A stretch of 63,962 nucleotides of DNA, filler included, from Candidatus Woesearchaeota archaeon (GTDB lineage: Archaea; Nanobdellota; Nanobdellia; Pacearchaeales; UBA284): assembly GCA_964354405.1 (NCBI GenBank). It is 6 parts of 3 records of this genome, joined end to end, with 100 filler letters (N's around TTAATTAATTAA, not from the genome) between each part and the next. Parts side by side here need not be neighbours in the genome. Positions count along the whole stretch, not along the records: positions 21,079 to 43,514 come from CAYGZP010000001.1; 5 more parts are not named here. One strand, written 5' to 3'. The translations under genes were made by a program, and so were the position numbers. Of this stretch, positions 30,574 through 40,104 are shown in pieces. Every line of letters starts with the position of its first letter. The first letter of the stretch is position 1. The notes below the pieces were generated by a model. That model did no database searches, had not been told where the DNA came from, and was given only the letters and a program-made list of their open reading frames with translations.

Positions 30574-31536
30574 ATGTACAAACTATTTTCCAAGCTATAT
30601 CCTCAGTTTTTCAAGAAAAAAATAAAAAAATTGTTATCCTACTCAGATGTTCAGATTAGAGAGGATGAGTTCACAGGCTACATGTTCTTCTCAAGCCTGT
30701 GTTTTGCATTGCTCGTTTCAATCCTCCTTTATCTTTTCACTAAGCTAAGATTTGAGCTGCTGATTTTCTTGGCGATATTTATTGTCGCTCAAGTAGCCTT
30801 TTACATGCTGATAGTTTTCCGAGCAGACAAAAAAGCCAAGTTTGTCGAGACTATCCTCCCGGATTGTCTGCAGCTTACAGCATCTAACTTGAGAGCAGGG
30901 TTTACAACTGAGCGCGCGTTTTTATTGAGCGCGAGGCCGGAGTTCGGCTCTTTCTCAGATGAACTGACATTGTTGGGAAAGAAGATAGCAAGCGGCAAGA
31001 CAATTGAAAGCGCCATGCTTGACATGACTCAAAGAATCAAAAGCGAAAAATTCAGCAAAACAGTCCTGCTCATTATAGATGGTATCAAATCCGGGGGGGA
31101 ATTAGCCTCGCTGCTTAGCCAAACAGCTCAGAACTTGAGAAATCAGGAGATTGTAGAAGCCAAAATCCGCGCAAGCGTCTTCATGTATTTCATTTTTATT
31201 TTTACAGCGATTTGCTTTGCCGCCCCCATACTGTTCGGCCTGTCATCATATCTGGTGGAAATCATAACAAAACAGCTTGCGCTGATGGAGATGCCTGCCG
31301 GAATCGCAGCCCCGATAACTATCTCCAAGCCGACAATCACACCAGAATTCGTAATTTATTTTATCTTGGCGGTATTGACAGTCGTATGTTTATTCGGCTC
31401 TTTTGCTTTAGGTTCTATAAACAAAGGAGAAGCAAAAACAGGATTGAAGTACTTCCCGATACTTTTAGGATGCAGTTTAGGTTTGTTTTTCCTTGTAAGA
31501 GTTATAATGAAAAGTATTTTCTCCTTTTTCCTTTAG
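30574..31536 (+). CDS. T2SS-F/TadC-like membrane platform protein
   Basis: LPDCLQLTASNLRAG, SGGELA. Confidence 0.9.
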   Translation: MYKLFSKLYPQFFKKKIKKLLSYSDVQIREDEFTGYMFFSSLCFALLVSILLYLFTKLRFELLIFLAIFIVAQVAFYMLIVFRADKKAKFVETILPDCLQLTASNLRAGFTTERAFLLSARPEFGSFSDELTLLGKKIASGKTIESAMLDMTQRIKSEKFSKTVLLIIDGIKSGGELASLLSQTAQNLRNQEIVEAKIRASVFMYFIFIFTAICFAAPILFGLSSYLVEIITKQLALMEMPAGIAAPITISKPTITPEFVIYFILAVLTVVCLFGSFALGSINKGEAKTGLKYFPILLGCSLGLFFLVRVIMKSIFSFFL

Positions 31537-31576
31537 TTGAAATGCCCTAAAATACTAAAATAATTCTTTATTGTTT

Positions 31577-32008
31577 TTACTTCTTAGTTCGCAATTTTGC
31601 TTTTTTGTCTTTCAATATCTTCTTTATCTTTGCTGTCTCTATTACAAATCCAAATTCTTTGCCTATTCTCATGAGCTTGTAAGCTGAGATAACTAGTAAC
31701 AAATAAGCAACAGCTGAAATTGCATAAGAAACTAACACCATCCAAGTAGAAAACGCGAATACTTCTATCAACAATGTCAACACTGAAGCCAGCATAAAGA
31801 ATATAATAGAGAAGAACAGTACAGAAGCAAATGCAGCTAAACTAGACTTTCTTGACAGATGTTTTTTGGCGATTCCTATCCACATCAGCGAGAAAATCGC
31901 TATTGATACAACTAATGCATTCAATGCAATCTCTGCTGAAACAATCTTGAACAGGGCCACAACACATAAAAGAATAGCCAAAATCCACAAGATTTCTGCA
32001 AATTTCAT
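31577..32008 (-). CDS. hypothetical 4-TM membrane protein
   Basis: Four hydrophobic segments, basic C-tail. Confidence 0.75.
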   Translation of the reverse strand: MKFAEILWILAILLCVVALFKIVSAEIALNALVVSIAIFSLMWIGIAKKHLSRKSSLAAFASVLFFSIIFFMLASVLTLLIEVFAFSTWMVLVSYAISAVAYLLLVISAYKLMRIGKEFGFVIETAKIKKILKDKKAKLRTKK

Positions 32009-32056
32009 TTTTTCCTCACTTATCTCTTTTTACCCAGTTTATTTTTTAAATCTTTA

Positions 32057-32085
32057 TTTTGATTAAATCTTTTTTTAAAAGATTT
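32057..32085. repeat. dispersed ~29-bp hairpin repeat
   Basis: TTTTGATTAAATCTTTTTTTAAAAGATTT; same family at 44666 and in the rRNA spacer. Confidence 0.8.
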
Positions 32086-32644
32086 ATTTTATGTCGAGCA
32101 GGATGTCACAAAATTGCATGATTTCCTTGATTAATTTGCTGTCCTCTTTCCTTTTCAAGCTCACAATAATTCCCTTGACTTTCCAAACTCTCATTTTGCT
32201 TGCGAGAAAGTGTATGAACTTTGCAACGCTAACAGGATCGTTGTAGATGAGCAACATACTCAGCGAGTCAAAGAAGACAAATTTTTCCTTGCCGATTGCC
32301 TGAACAGCCTGATCCATTGCAATAGCGATATCACTCAAGTTCTCAGGAGATCCAATGAAAAGACAATTGCCCTTTTTCTCTGCTCCTCCTGCAGTTTTAG
32401 TAACAGCGTCGATAAATATCATTGTCTCAGAATCAATTTTCTCCTTTTTGAATATCTTAGTTAAAGTCTCGTAAGGTTTGCTCAAGGTTACATAGACACC
32501 AGGGATATGTTTATTTGCAAAACTCTTTACAAGCGCTGTATTTGTTTTTTGATACTTCTTTGCCTCAACTATAGCTAAAGCCACATACTCATCCATCAAA
32601 TTTATCTTAGTGAATGCCTCTTTTACTTTCATTAAGATTAACAA
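32084..32644 (-). CDS. inactivated KaiC/RecA-fold protein
   Basis: YVTLSKP, FIDAV, FFDSLSMLLIYN; no Walker A; paralog of 56582. Confidence 0.7.
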   Translation of the reverse strand: MLILMKVKEAFTKINLMDEYVALAIVEAKKYQKTNTALVKSFANKHIPGVYVTLSKPYETLTKIFKKEKIDSETMIFIDAVTKTAGGAEKKGNCLFIGSPENLSDIAIAMDQAVQAIGKEKFVFFDSLSMLLIYNDPVSVAKFIHFLASKMRVWKVKGIIVSLKRKEDSKLIKEIMQFCDILLDIK

Positions 32645-32707
32645 CTGCCCAATATATATAAAGATTTCTAAAAACTGAAAGGTTAAATCATAGAAAGTTT
32701 TTTATAC

Positions 32708-33403
32708 TTGAAATTTATTTTCCAAGTGATGATAAAGAGTGGTGTTCCAGGAATGGATGAGATTCTGAAAGGAGGCTTTACAGAAGGCATGACTATAGGG
32801 GTTACAGGAGCTCCCGGAGTTGGCAAAAGTATTTTCTCGCTGCAGTTTGTTTATGAGGGCTGCAAGAATGGCGAAAATTGTTTGTATATCCTGACAGATG
32901 ATACAGTAGAAGGCATAAAGAAAGTAGCCGCAAGTGTAGGAATGGATTTTGACAAATTTGAAAAAAAAGGTTTAATGACTTTCTTGAAAGAAGAGCCAAG
33001 AAAGCCCATGTCTATCGCCGCGCCATTGCAAATAATTCGCGAGAAAAGAATTAAACGAGTTGTCCTTGATAACATCGCATTATTCGAGTTCAGCGCGACT
33101 TCTGAAATCGAGTTCCGCAGGAGCTTTATGCATTTCTTAGCTGCCATGAAAGAATCTAGAGTCACTTTACTTGTCATAACCCAGTCAAAAATGAGAGACA
33201 CAGCAATAGAATACGAGCCAGAGGACTTTTTATTTGACGGTTTAATCCTTCTCATGAAGATAAGGAAAGGTTCAACATTCGAGAGATGTGTTGCAGTTTT
33301 GAAGATGCGGGGCCAGGATCACTTGATGGATATCTATCCGTTCAAGATAAACAAGGGAGGGATAATTGTTTACACTAAACAGATACCATTCTCATTAAAA
33401 TGA
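32708..33403 (+). CDS. KaiC-like (RecA superfamily) ATPase
   Basis: SGVPGMD..GG, GAPGVGKS, KMRG; DD in place of the usual EE; likely start ATG 32729. Confidence 0.9.
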   Translation: MKFIFQVMIKSGVPGMDEILKGGFTEGMTIGVTGAPGVGKSIFSLQFVYEGCKNGENCLYILTDDTVEGIKKVAASVGMDFDKFEKKGLMTFLKEEPRKPMSIAAPLQIIREKRIKRVVLDNIALFEFSATSEIEFRRSFMHFLAAMKESRVTLLVITQSKMRDTAIEYEPEDFLFDGLILLMKIRKGSTFERCVAVLKMRGQDHLMDIYPFKINKGGIIVYTKQIPFSLK

Positions 33404-34086
33404 AAAGAGACAGAGTAAGCACAGGAATAACCGCCATGGACAAGATGATTGGCGGTTTGAAGGAAAAAAGCATCAATCTAGTGATAGGCGGAACCGGCTC
33501 AGGAAAGACAATCATGGCTATGCAGTTTCTTGTTGATGGCATCAAGAAAGGCGAGCATGGCATTTACATAACATTCGAGGAAAAAAAAGAAAAAACATAT
33601 GATGATATGCATTCTTTCGGATGGGATTTGGAAAAATATGAGAAAGAAGGCAAGTTAGTGTTCTTGGAATACAATCCAGAACAAGTAAGAAGGATTGTTA
33701 CAGAAGGCGGCGGTGAGATTGAAGTTATTCTTGAAAAAATAAAAGCCAAGAGAATTGTTATTGACTCAATGACATCTTTTGTTCTACTTTACAAAGATGA
33801 GCTTGCAAGAAAAGAAGCCGCGTTATTTTTATTCGAACTCATCAACAAATGGAACTGTACTGCCCTATTGACAGAACAAACCGCAGAAGAAGGACATGTA
33901 TTTTCCGCGCTCGAGTTCGAAGTTGATAGTTTATTTGTTCTTTATCACAGAAAAATCAAGGGCTTTAGAAAGCGAGGCATGGAGTTATTAAAAATGCGCG
34001 GAACAAAGATTCCTCCAAAAACTTTCCCTTTCAACATAACTGAAAAAGGGATAGTTGTCAACACAGGCTCGACATTTGCGTATTAG
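33400..34086 (+). CDS. KaiC-like (RecA superfamily) ATPase
   Basis: STGI..MD, GGTGSGKT, ITFEE, VIDS, KMRGT. Confidence 0.9.
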   Translation: MKRDRVSTGITAMDKMIGGLKEKSINLVIGGTGSGKTIMAMQFLVDGIKKGEHGIYITFEEKKEKTYDDMHSFGWDLEKYEKEGKLVFLEYNPEQVRRIVTEGGGEIEVILEKIKAKRIVIDSMTSFVLLYKDELARKEAALFLFELINKWNCTALLTEQTAEEGHVFSALEFEVDSLFVLYHRKIKGFRKRGMELLKMRGTKIPPKTFPFNITEKGIVVNTGSTFAY

Positions 34087-34101
34087 TAATTTCTAATTAT
34101 C

Positions 34102-34344
34102 CTAATTATTTCTGTATAAAGAATCATATCTTGCGCATAATTTATTGTAAATAGGCATTAATCCATCAACAACACTGGCATAATTATTTTCACTCATCTC
34201 ACCTTTGCCTAATCTTATGGTCTGCAAGTTAATTTCTTGTGATATCATAATTATCTCCCTCTCCAAATCTTTTTTTTGGGATATTTTCTTTCCACAGCCG
34301 TTAAACAATAAAAACAAACCAAAAATAGCAATTAATTTTTTCAT
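34102..34344 (-). CDS. small hypothetical protein with lipobox-like signal
   Basis: MKKLIAIFGLFLLFNG-C. Confidence 0.6.
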   Translation of the reverse strand: MKKLIAIFGLFLLFNGCGKKISQKKDLEREIIMISQEINLQTIRLGKGEMSENNYASVVDGLMPIYNKLCARYDSLYRNN

Positions 34345-34353
34345 TTTTCTTCC

Positions 34354-36063
34354 TCAGCCATGGGCAAACCAGAAAACTAATTTGTCTTTCTTCTTTTCAT
34401 CTAATCTGCAGAAACCAAATCTCTCGAACTGGCACATGTCACCAACTTTCATCTCTCTCGTCTTTGGCTCAGCCAATCCCTTGATAATCTCACCATCTGG
34501 CATCACAACTTCTGTCTTCACAAGCTCCTTGATGACAGGAAGCCAGTGTATCATCTTTGCCTCGAGCTTGACATCGCGCTCTCTAGACATGAATTTGAAA
34601 TAAGCATCTTTTACAAAGTTGAACAAGTGCATGAGCCTAAAAACTTTCCCTTTTTCTTTCAGAATAATCTTATAATCTTTTTCTGCGATGTAGAAATTAT
34701 CATAAGTGTCAAAGTGTCTGTAGCCTCTTTTCACATCTTCAGGGTGCAAAAGAACTTTTGCTTTCAATCTCGGCGCGCTCTTTACAGTTATCTTGATAGG
34801 CACAGCGACAAAAAAGTAACGGTTGCTTTTTTCCACGAACTTTTTGTTCTCTTTGTATAAATTCTCTATAGGAACAGTGGCTTCTGTCTGTGTCAAGCCC
34901 AATTGCAGGATAAAAGCTCTTATTGCTTCTGGCTTGATTCCTCGCCTTGCAAGAGATTGTAAACTCCAAGTCCTGGGGTCATCCCATCCTCTGTAAACTC
35001 CGGAAGCGATCTCTTTCTGTGACTTGCTTTTGCTTATTTTTGCGCCCTCCATTTGTAAGAGTCCTGTGTGGATAAACTCAGGATGCTTCCATCCGAATAT
35101 ATCAAAGATATATTTTTCCATGTCAGTCTCAATCATAAGCTCCTTGCCCCGTAAGATATGAGTCATTCCCAAAAGATAATCATCAACTGCCCAAGAGAAA
35201 TCAAGCATCGGCCAAACTCTATATTTCTTGCCAACTCGCGGGTGTTCTCTGTCAGAAATTCTAAAAAGGACTCGGTCGCGGAAAGCAGGATTCTTGTCTT
35301 TCATGTCAGTCTTTATTCTCAAAGTGGCTTGGCCAGGCTTGTAATCATTGTCAAGCATGTTGTTCCACTCTTCCAAGTTTTTTATAATGTCATAATTCCG
35401 ATGCTCGCACTCTTTGCCTTGTTCTCTGTTCTTGTGTAAAGTTTCAGCATCGCAGAAACACACATATGCTTTTCTCTTTCTAATGAGTTGTTCAGCATAA
35501 TTATAATATATCTCGAGCCTGTCTGATTTGTAGATTATTGGCAGAGCATAATTGACTTTGAGCCAATCCAAGCTCTCAGGAATAAGTTTGAAAGCCTCTT
35601 TAACAATCTGTTTCTCTTCTGAGCCAATCGTATCATCTATGACAAGAAACAATTTTCCTTTATACTGTTTGCAATATTCATCATTCGGAATAACTTGCCT
35701 TGCGTTGCCTATGTGCAGGGGCCCTGAAGGATATGGCGCGAACCTCATCACAACTTTTCCCTTCGTTGCGTTAGGCAATTCTGGCAATCCTTCATGAACT
35801 TCTCGTTTCTTAACCATATTTTCAAATCCCAAGAATAATTTCTGCTGCTCTTCAAGCTTCATTGCATTGACTTGTTTGACAATTTTTTGGATGAGAGGCA
35901 TAACTCCTTTGATTTGTTCTTTCTGCAATCCTTCTTGAAACAATTTTGGCAGAACAGTTCCAACTTGAGCCTTGCCTTCGTGCGCGAGAGCATTGGCTAA
36001 AGCATAAGCCTCAATCTTCTTCTCGTCAAAACCCGCTCCTTTTTTTGTCTCTTTTTTTGGCAT
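34354..36063 (-). CDS. gltX: glutamyl-tRNA synthetase (archaeal type)
   Basis: RFAPYPSGPLHIGN, THILRGK, KISKS, QFERFGF; start placed at MPKK (36063). Confidence 0.95.
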   Translation of the reverse strand: MPKKETKKGAGFDEKKIEAYALANALAHEGKAQVGTVLPKLFQEGLQKEQIKGVMPLIQKIVKQVNAMKLEEQQKLFLGFENMVKKREVHEGLPELPNATKGKVVMRFAPYPSGPLHIGNARQVIPNDEYCKQYKGKLFLVIDDTIGSEEKQIVKEAFKLIPESLDWLKVNYALPIIYKSDRLEIYYNYAEQLIRKRKAYVCFCDAETLHKNREQGKECEHRNYDIIKNLEEWNNMLDNDYKPGQATLRIKTDMKDKNPAFRDRVLFRISDREHPRVGKKYRVWPMLDFSWAVDDYLLGMTHILRGKELMIETDMEKYIFDIFGWKHPEFIHTGLLQMEGAKISKSKSQKEIASGVYRGWDDPRTWSLQSLARRGIKPEAIRAFILQLGLTQTEATVPIENLYKENKKFVEKSNRYFFVAVPIKITVKSAPRLKAKVLLHPEDVKRGYRHFDTYDNFYIAEKDYKIILKEKGKVFRLMHLFNFVKDAYFKFMSRERDVKLEAKMIHWLPVIKELVKTEVVMPDGEIIKGLAEPKTREMKVGDMCQFERFGFCRLDEKKKDKLVFWFAHG

Positions 36064-36138
36064 GATAAAATTAAGTTCAAAAGCTTTAAATAGATTTTCA
36101 TGCATAAACTTTAAATATTCATGTAGCTAAATCATAAA

Positions 36139-36876
36139 ATGGAAAAGTCAGTTCAGATAACCCTTATCATTGTTGTGGCAGCTTTAATTATTGCCGGAGT
36201 AGTGACTTTCTTGATTCTTCAGGGAAAAGTGCCTTCAAACACTGTAAGCGTTCAGGGATTAGCAACAATCAAGGCAGATCCAGACTTAGTTACAGTATAT
36301 TTCAGCGCAGAGACAAATGCCTCGACAGCGCAGAAAGCTAAGGACGATAATGCCAAGATAGTCAATGAAGCTACAGACGCTTTGATAGAAATTGGGATTC
36401 CAGAAGACAAGATACAAACACAGGATTTCAATATCTACCCAGAATATGATTGGGTTAATGGTGAGCAAGTGTTTAGAGGCTACAAAGCAGTCCATTCATT
36501 TAAAGTTGAGCTTGAAACAGCGCAGATAGACAAGGTAGGCGATGTCATTGATGCCGGAGTTGATTCTGGAGCGATGATCAACTACATTAATTTTGAGTTG
36601 AGCACTGCAAAGCAGAATGAATATAAAGTTGAAGCCTTGAAACAGGCATCTCAGGATGCTAAGACAAAAGCAGAAGCAATAGCTTCAGGATTAGGGAAGC
36701 AAGTCGGCAAGTTAGTTTCAGTTTCTGACACGGGTTTCGACTACTATCCTTGGCCGATATACACTAATGCCATGGAAGTAGGTGGGGCAGCTGATGCAAA
36801 GGAAGCAGTAACAAGCATAACACCATCAGAAAAAGAGATAAGCGCCAGAGTTTCAGTGGTGTATCAGATTGCTTAA
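36139..36876 (+). CDS. SIMPL (DUF541) domain protein
   Basis: VSVQG.A.IKADPD, I.T..FNIYPEY, ALKQA..DAK.KAE.IA. Confidence 0.9.
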   Translation: MEKSVQITLIIVVAALIIAGVVTFLILQGKVPSNTVSVQGLATIKADPDLVTVYFSAETNASTAQKAKDDNAKIVNEATDALIEIGIPEDKIQTQDFNIYPEYDWVNGEQVFRGYKAVHSFKVELETAQIDKVGDVIDAGVDSGAMINYINFELSTAKQNEYKVEALKQASQDAKTKAEAIASGLGKQVGKLVSVSDTGFDYYPWPIYTNAMEVGGAADAKEAVTSITPSEKEISARVSVVYQIA

Positions 36877-36908
36877 TTTTATCTTTTCTTTTTTCTCTTT
36901 TTTATTTT

Positions 36909-37367
36909 TTACTTCTTCTTCAGCAATGCAACTATCAGAATGATGACTCCTACGGCATTGCTCAAGTCCGCGATGTTCAGCGCAGGCATCGGCATAAACG
37001 AGAATGAAAGCCAGTCAATGACATATCCATAGAAAATCCTGTCAAACATATTGCATAAGGTCCCTGCAAACAAGAGCACTAAGCCAAGGCTAACCATTGT
37101 GAACTTTGGAGTTTTAAAATAAAAGAATAAAGTCAAAACCAGGACAAACAACGCGATTACAATCAATAGGACTCGGGTCCATTCAAAATCCTGGAATAAA
37201 TTGAACGCGGCGCCATAATTAACCGAACGCTTCATGCAGAACACAAAACAGCCATAGACAAATGACGCAAGATATTTAGTATATCTGTCTATAGTATAAA
37301 TTATCAAGAATAAAATAATGAAATGAAACAGCTTGTCCAAACTGTTCCTCTTTTTGTTGGGAATCAT
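36909..37367 (-). CDS. lspA: lipoprotein signal peptidase II
   Basis: DRYTK, NYGAAF, GTLCNMFDR, YVIDW, NIAD motifs; 4 TM. Confidence 0.9.
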   Translation of the reverse strand: MIPNKKRNSLDKLFHFIILFLIIYTIDRYTKYLASFVYGCFVFCMKRSVNYGAAFNLFQDFEWTRVLLIVIALFVLVLTLFFYFKTPKFTMVSLGLVLLFAGTLCNMFDRIFYGYVIDWLSFSFMPMPALNIADLSNAVGVIILIVALLKKK

Positions 37368-37382
37368 TTTACAGATAAATAA

Positions 37383-37763
37383 TTAATATTTCAAGTCAAC
37401 CCTATGCTCTATCCTGTCAATTTTTCTCTCGATGAGCTCCATCCTTTGGATAACATGATCAATTCTTCTGTGCAATCGCTCGAATCTTTCAGGATCTATG
37501 CTCTGTGAACTTGAAGCGATTGGTGTATTAAAACCCGGGCTTGGAGAGCTCTCTGCAGATGGAGTTTCTGTTGAAGTCGCGCTTGCTGCCAAGGCTCCAA
37601 GAAAATCCATGTCAGTCGAAGCTGGCCCAGGAGCCGAGCTCGAGGCATTCAAAGGATTTGCTTTCAATAATCTGTTTCTGGTATCTATTTCCTTGAGTTT
37701 GCCTAAATCAATAACAGCCTCGTTTTCAGGTCTTCTCTTTTTTCCGAAGAAGGGAATTTTCAT
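37383..37763 (-). CDS. hypothetical protein, S/P-rich linker and C-terminal coiled coil
   Basis: ORF composition only. Confidence 0.7.
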   Translation of the reverse strand: MKIPFFGKKRRPENEAVIDLGKLKEIDTRNRLLKANPLNASSSAPGPASTDMDFLGALAASATSTETPSAESSPSPGFNTPIASSSQSIDPERFERLHRRIDHVIQRMELIERKIDRIEHRVDLKY

Positions 37764-37856
37764 GAATTCTTTAATAGCTTTAGTTTTATAAATCTTACTT
37801 TACACCCTTATGACTTTATAGAAAACCTTTAAATATTTCATTTTCTCTATTCAGAT

Positions 37857-39365
37857 ATGGCCGATATCGATAGGATAATCGCAGTCGTACAGCCAAAATA
37901 TTCAAGCAACCCGGGCGTGATTGCGAAAACATTAAAAGAGGAAGGAATTGACGCAGCAATTGAAAAAGCCGAGCCCAATCCTATTTGGGACAACAGCATT
38001 GTTTATGATTCAAGCGCCGAGCAGCTCGAGCCTGTTTATTTCTGGATTTTAGATTTTATGCAGGATATTGGATTTAATGTAGAAAAAATTGTGGATAATT
38101 TTGCAGCCTCGCCAGGCGGAGGATATTTCGCAGAAATGGGGCAAAGAGCGACAAAAATGCAGGAAGAAGGAATGAAAATAATGCAGACTGTAGGAATTCT
38201 GCTCAAAAGTTTGATAAACTTGCTCTATGACTTGAAAGAATTCGAGATAAGATTAAAACAATATGAGCTAGCAGAAAACAAAGATCCGAATGAAAAAGAA
38301 GCCGCGATTTTAGCATTGAAACAGATATGGATGGACAAAGTCGATATGCAAAGAGGGAGAGGAAGCATCAATGCCATGGCATACGAGCTTGGTTTTGCAA
38401 CTTTGAGAGATGCATTCATGACAGCCAAATCTGTTGCTGATGTAGACAAGATGGATTTGAATGACCGAGTAAAAAAAGTCCTAAAGCCTCGTGTCCAAGA
38501 ATTCTTTGAATGGAAAACTCGAAGCCAGTTAGAATTGAAAAAAAGATTTGAAGTTGAAAAAGCATGGCTAAAAAGTCAAGTGGCTTCGCTAAAGTCTTAT
38601 ACAAGATGGGCCAAGCCATATCTGAAAGCAGCAGAGCAGCTCATGATGAAAGAAAACAAGTTGTCAGAGCCAGCGCTCGTGACAGCTTTCAACACAATGC
38701 TTCTCGAGTTAACTATCTTGTGCAAGAAAGAGATAAAAGTTCCAACTGCAGTTTATGAAAAAGGCTTGCCTCGCTCGTTCAAGGATTTGAAAATGTCGCG
38801 GAAATATTATCAGTGCGTTCTTATTGATTTCACTTTCAGAAGCATTCCTCAGCGAGTCAGCCAACAAGGGCATTATGCTTTCGGCGGCAGAGTTGATGTA
38901 AAATTCAAAGCTTTTACAATGAATGAAGATGAGCTGAAAGTTTTTGATGGAATTATGAAAAAACAGGATTTTAACGATGCCTTGAAGCTTGTTTCAGCGA
39001 CAACAGATGAAAGCTTGATTCAACTTGCAGATGATATAGAACATTTCTTGCTAGAAGAGAAGAAAGAGGAGAAAAAGAGCCAGAGTTTCATGGATTTAAT
39101 CTTTGGCAAGAAAAGCAAAGTGAAGAGCGAAGAAGAATTGAAGAAAGAAAAAGAAGAGAAAGAAAAGAAGGGTAAAAAAGAGCCGACTCTAGACACACTG
39201 AAAAAAGATAATTTTGAAGAATCTATTGTAAGGATTTATGCTGAGCAGCAAGTCGCTGGCAATTGTTTCAAAGTTTATGATATTTACAAGAAAGGGCATG
39301 GCATGGCTTCTTTCGCCGAGCCCACATGGGAATATCCTTCCTGGAAAATCCCAGTGAAAGGCTAA
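37857..39365 (+). CDS. hypothetical helical protein
   Basis: 502-aa ORF, no motif recognised. Confidence 0.8.
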   Translation: MADIDRIIAVVQPKYSSNPGVIAKTLKEEGIDAAIEKAEPNPIWDNSIVYDSSAEQLEPVYFWILDFMQDIGFNVEKIVDNFAASPGGGYFAEMGQRATKMQEEGMKIMQTVGILLKSLINLLYDLKEFEIRLKQYELAENKDPNEKEAAILALKQIWMDKVDMQRGRGSINAMAYELGFATLRDAFMTAKSVADVDKMDLNDRVKKVLKPRVQEFFEWKTRSQLELKKRFEVEKAWLKSQVASLKSYTRWAKPYLKAAEQLMMKENKLSEPALVTAFNTMLLELTILCKKEIKVPTAVYEKGLPRSFKDLKMSRKYYQCVLIDFTFRSIPQRVSQQGHYAFGGRVDVKFKAFTMNEDELKVFDGIMKKQDFNDALKLVSATTDESLIQLADDIEHFLLEEKKEEKKSQSFMDLIFGKKSKVKSEEELKKEKEEKEKKGKKEPTLDTLKKDNFEESIVRIYAEQQVAGNCFKVYDIYKKGHGMASFAEPTWEYPSWKIPVKG

Positions 39366-39402
39366 AATAATTATAATTTCTGCAAAATCCACAAAACTAA
39401 AA

Positions 39403-39996
39403 ATGACAAAGGAAAAAAATTCTAAAGACAAAGATAGTAAGAAAGACAAGGAAGAAAAGGAGAAGGAAGAGAAAGAAAAGGAAGAAGAAAAAGAGTCAGA
39501 AGAAGAAGGCGAGGAAGTTGTAAAATTCCCAGAAGCCGAGGAACAATTTAATTTTCAACTTGATACAACAACTCATGACCGAGCTACAATGGCTCTTGAA
39601 TCAGGACAAAAAACTCCTGAGCTTAATCTTGAAGGCTTTTTGCAAGATGTTGACATAGAAAAAAAAGAAAAGAAGGAGAAAGAGAAAAAACCCCAAGACC
39701 TTTATTCCGCGACTGAAGACACTGGCTATGTCACAAGAAAAGCTGATGAATCCTGGGAGCAACAACAGATGCGAGAGGTTAGGGAAACAATAAAACCTCA
39801 ATTAATTTTAGAGGAAACCAGACATGCCCCGCGTTTGGGTTGGAAACCCATCACAGAAGATGCTCATGAGTTCAGAGAAATCACAAAATACGAAGAAAAG
39901 TATGAGAAAATTGGAAGCGATATCCATCGTCCAGGTTTTGCTCACGAAGATGCAAACAAGCAAAACATTAAAAAGTATAAAGCCATTAAAAGATAA
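39403..39996 (+). CDS. hypothetical highly charged disordered protein
   Basis: E/K-rich 197-aa ORF. Confidence 0.7.
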   Translation: MTKEKNSKDKDSKKDKEEKEKEEKEKEEEKESEEEGEEVVKFPEAEEQFNFQLDTTTHDRATMALESGQKTPELNLEGFLQDVDIEKKEKKEKEKKPQDLYSATEDTGYVTRKADESWEQQQMREVRETIKPQLILEETRHAPRLGWKPITEDAHEFREITKYEEKYEKIGSDIHRPGFAHEDANKQNIKKYKAIKR

Positions 39997-40104
39997 TAGT
40001 AAAAATATTGCAATAAAAAAAAGAGTAAAAAGTAAGAAAAAAGGATAAGCGAAAAATATCAAGAACAATGCGCTTGTCAAAATTCTTACATTATCAATAC
40101 AAAA

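Noticed and set aside
32708..34086. KaiC genes as a circadian clock
   Set aside because: Single-domain proteins with no kaiA/kaiB; typical archaeal KaiC-like ATPases.
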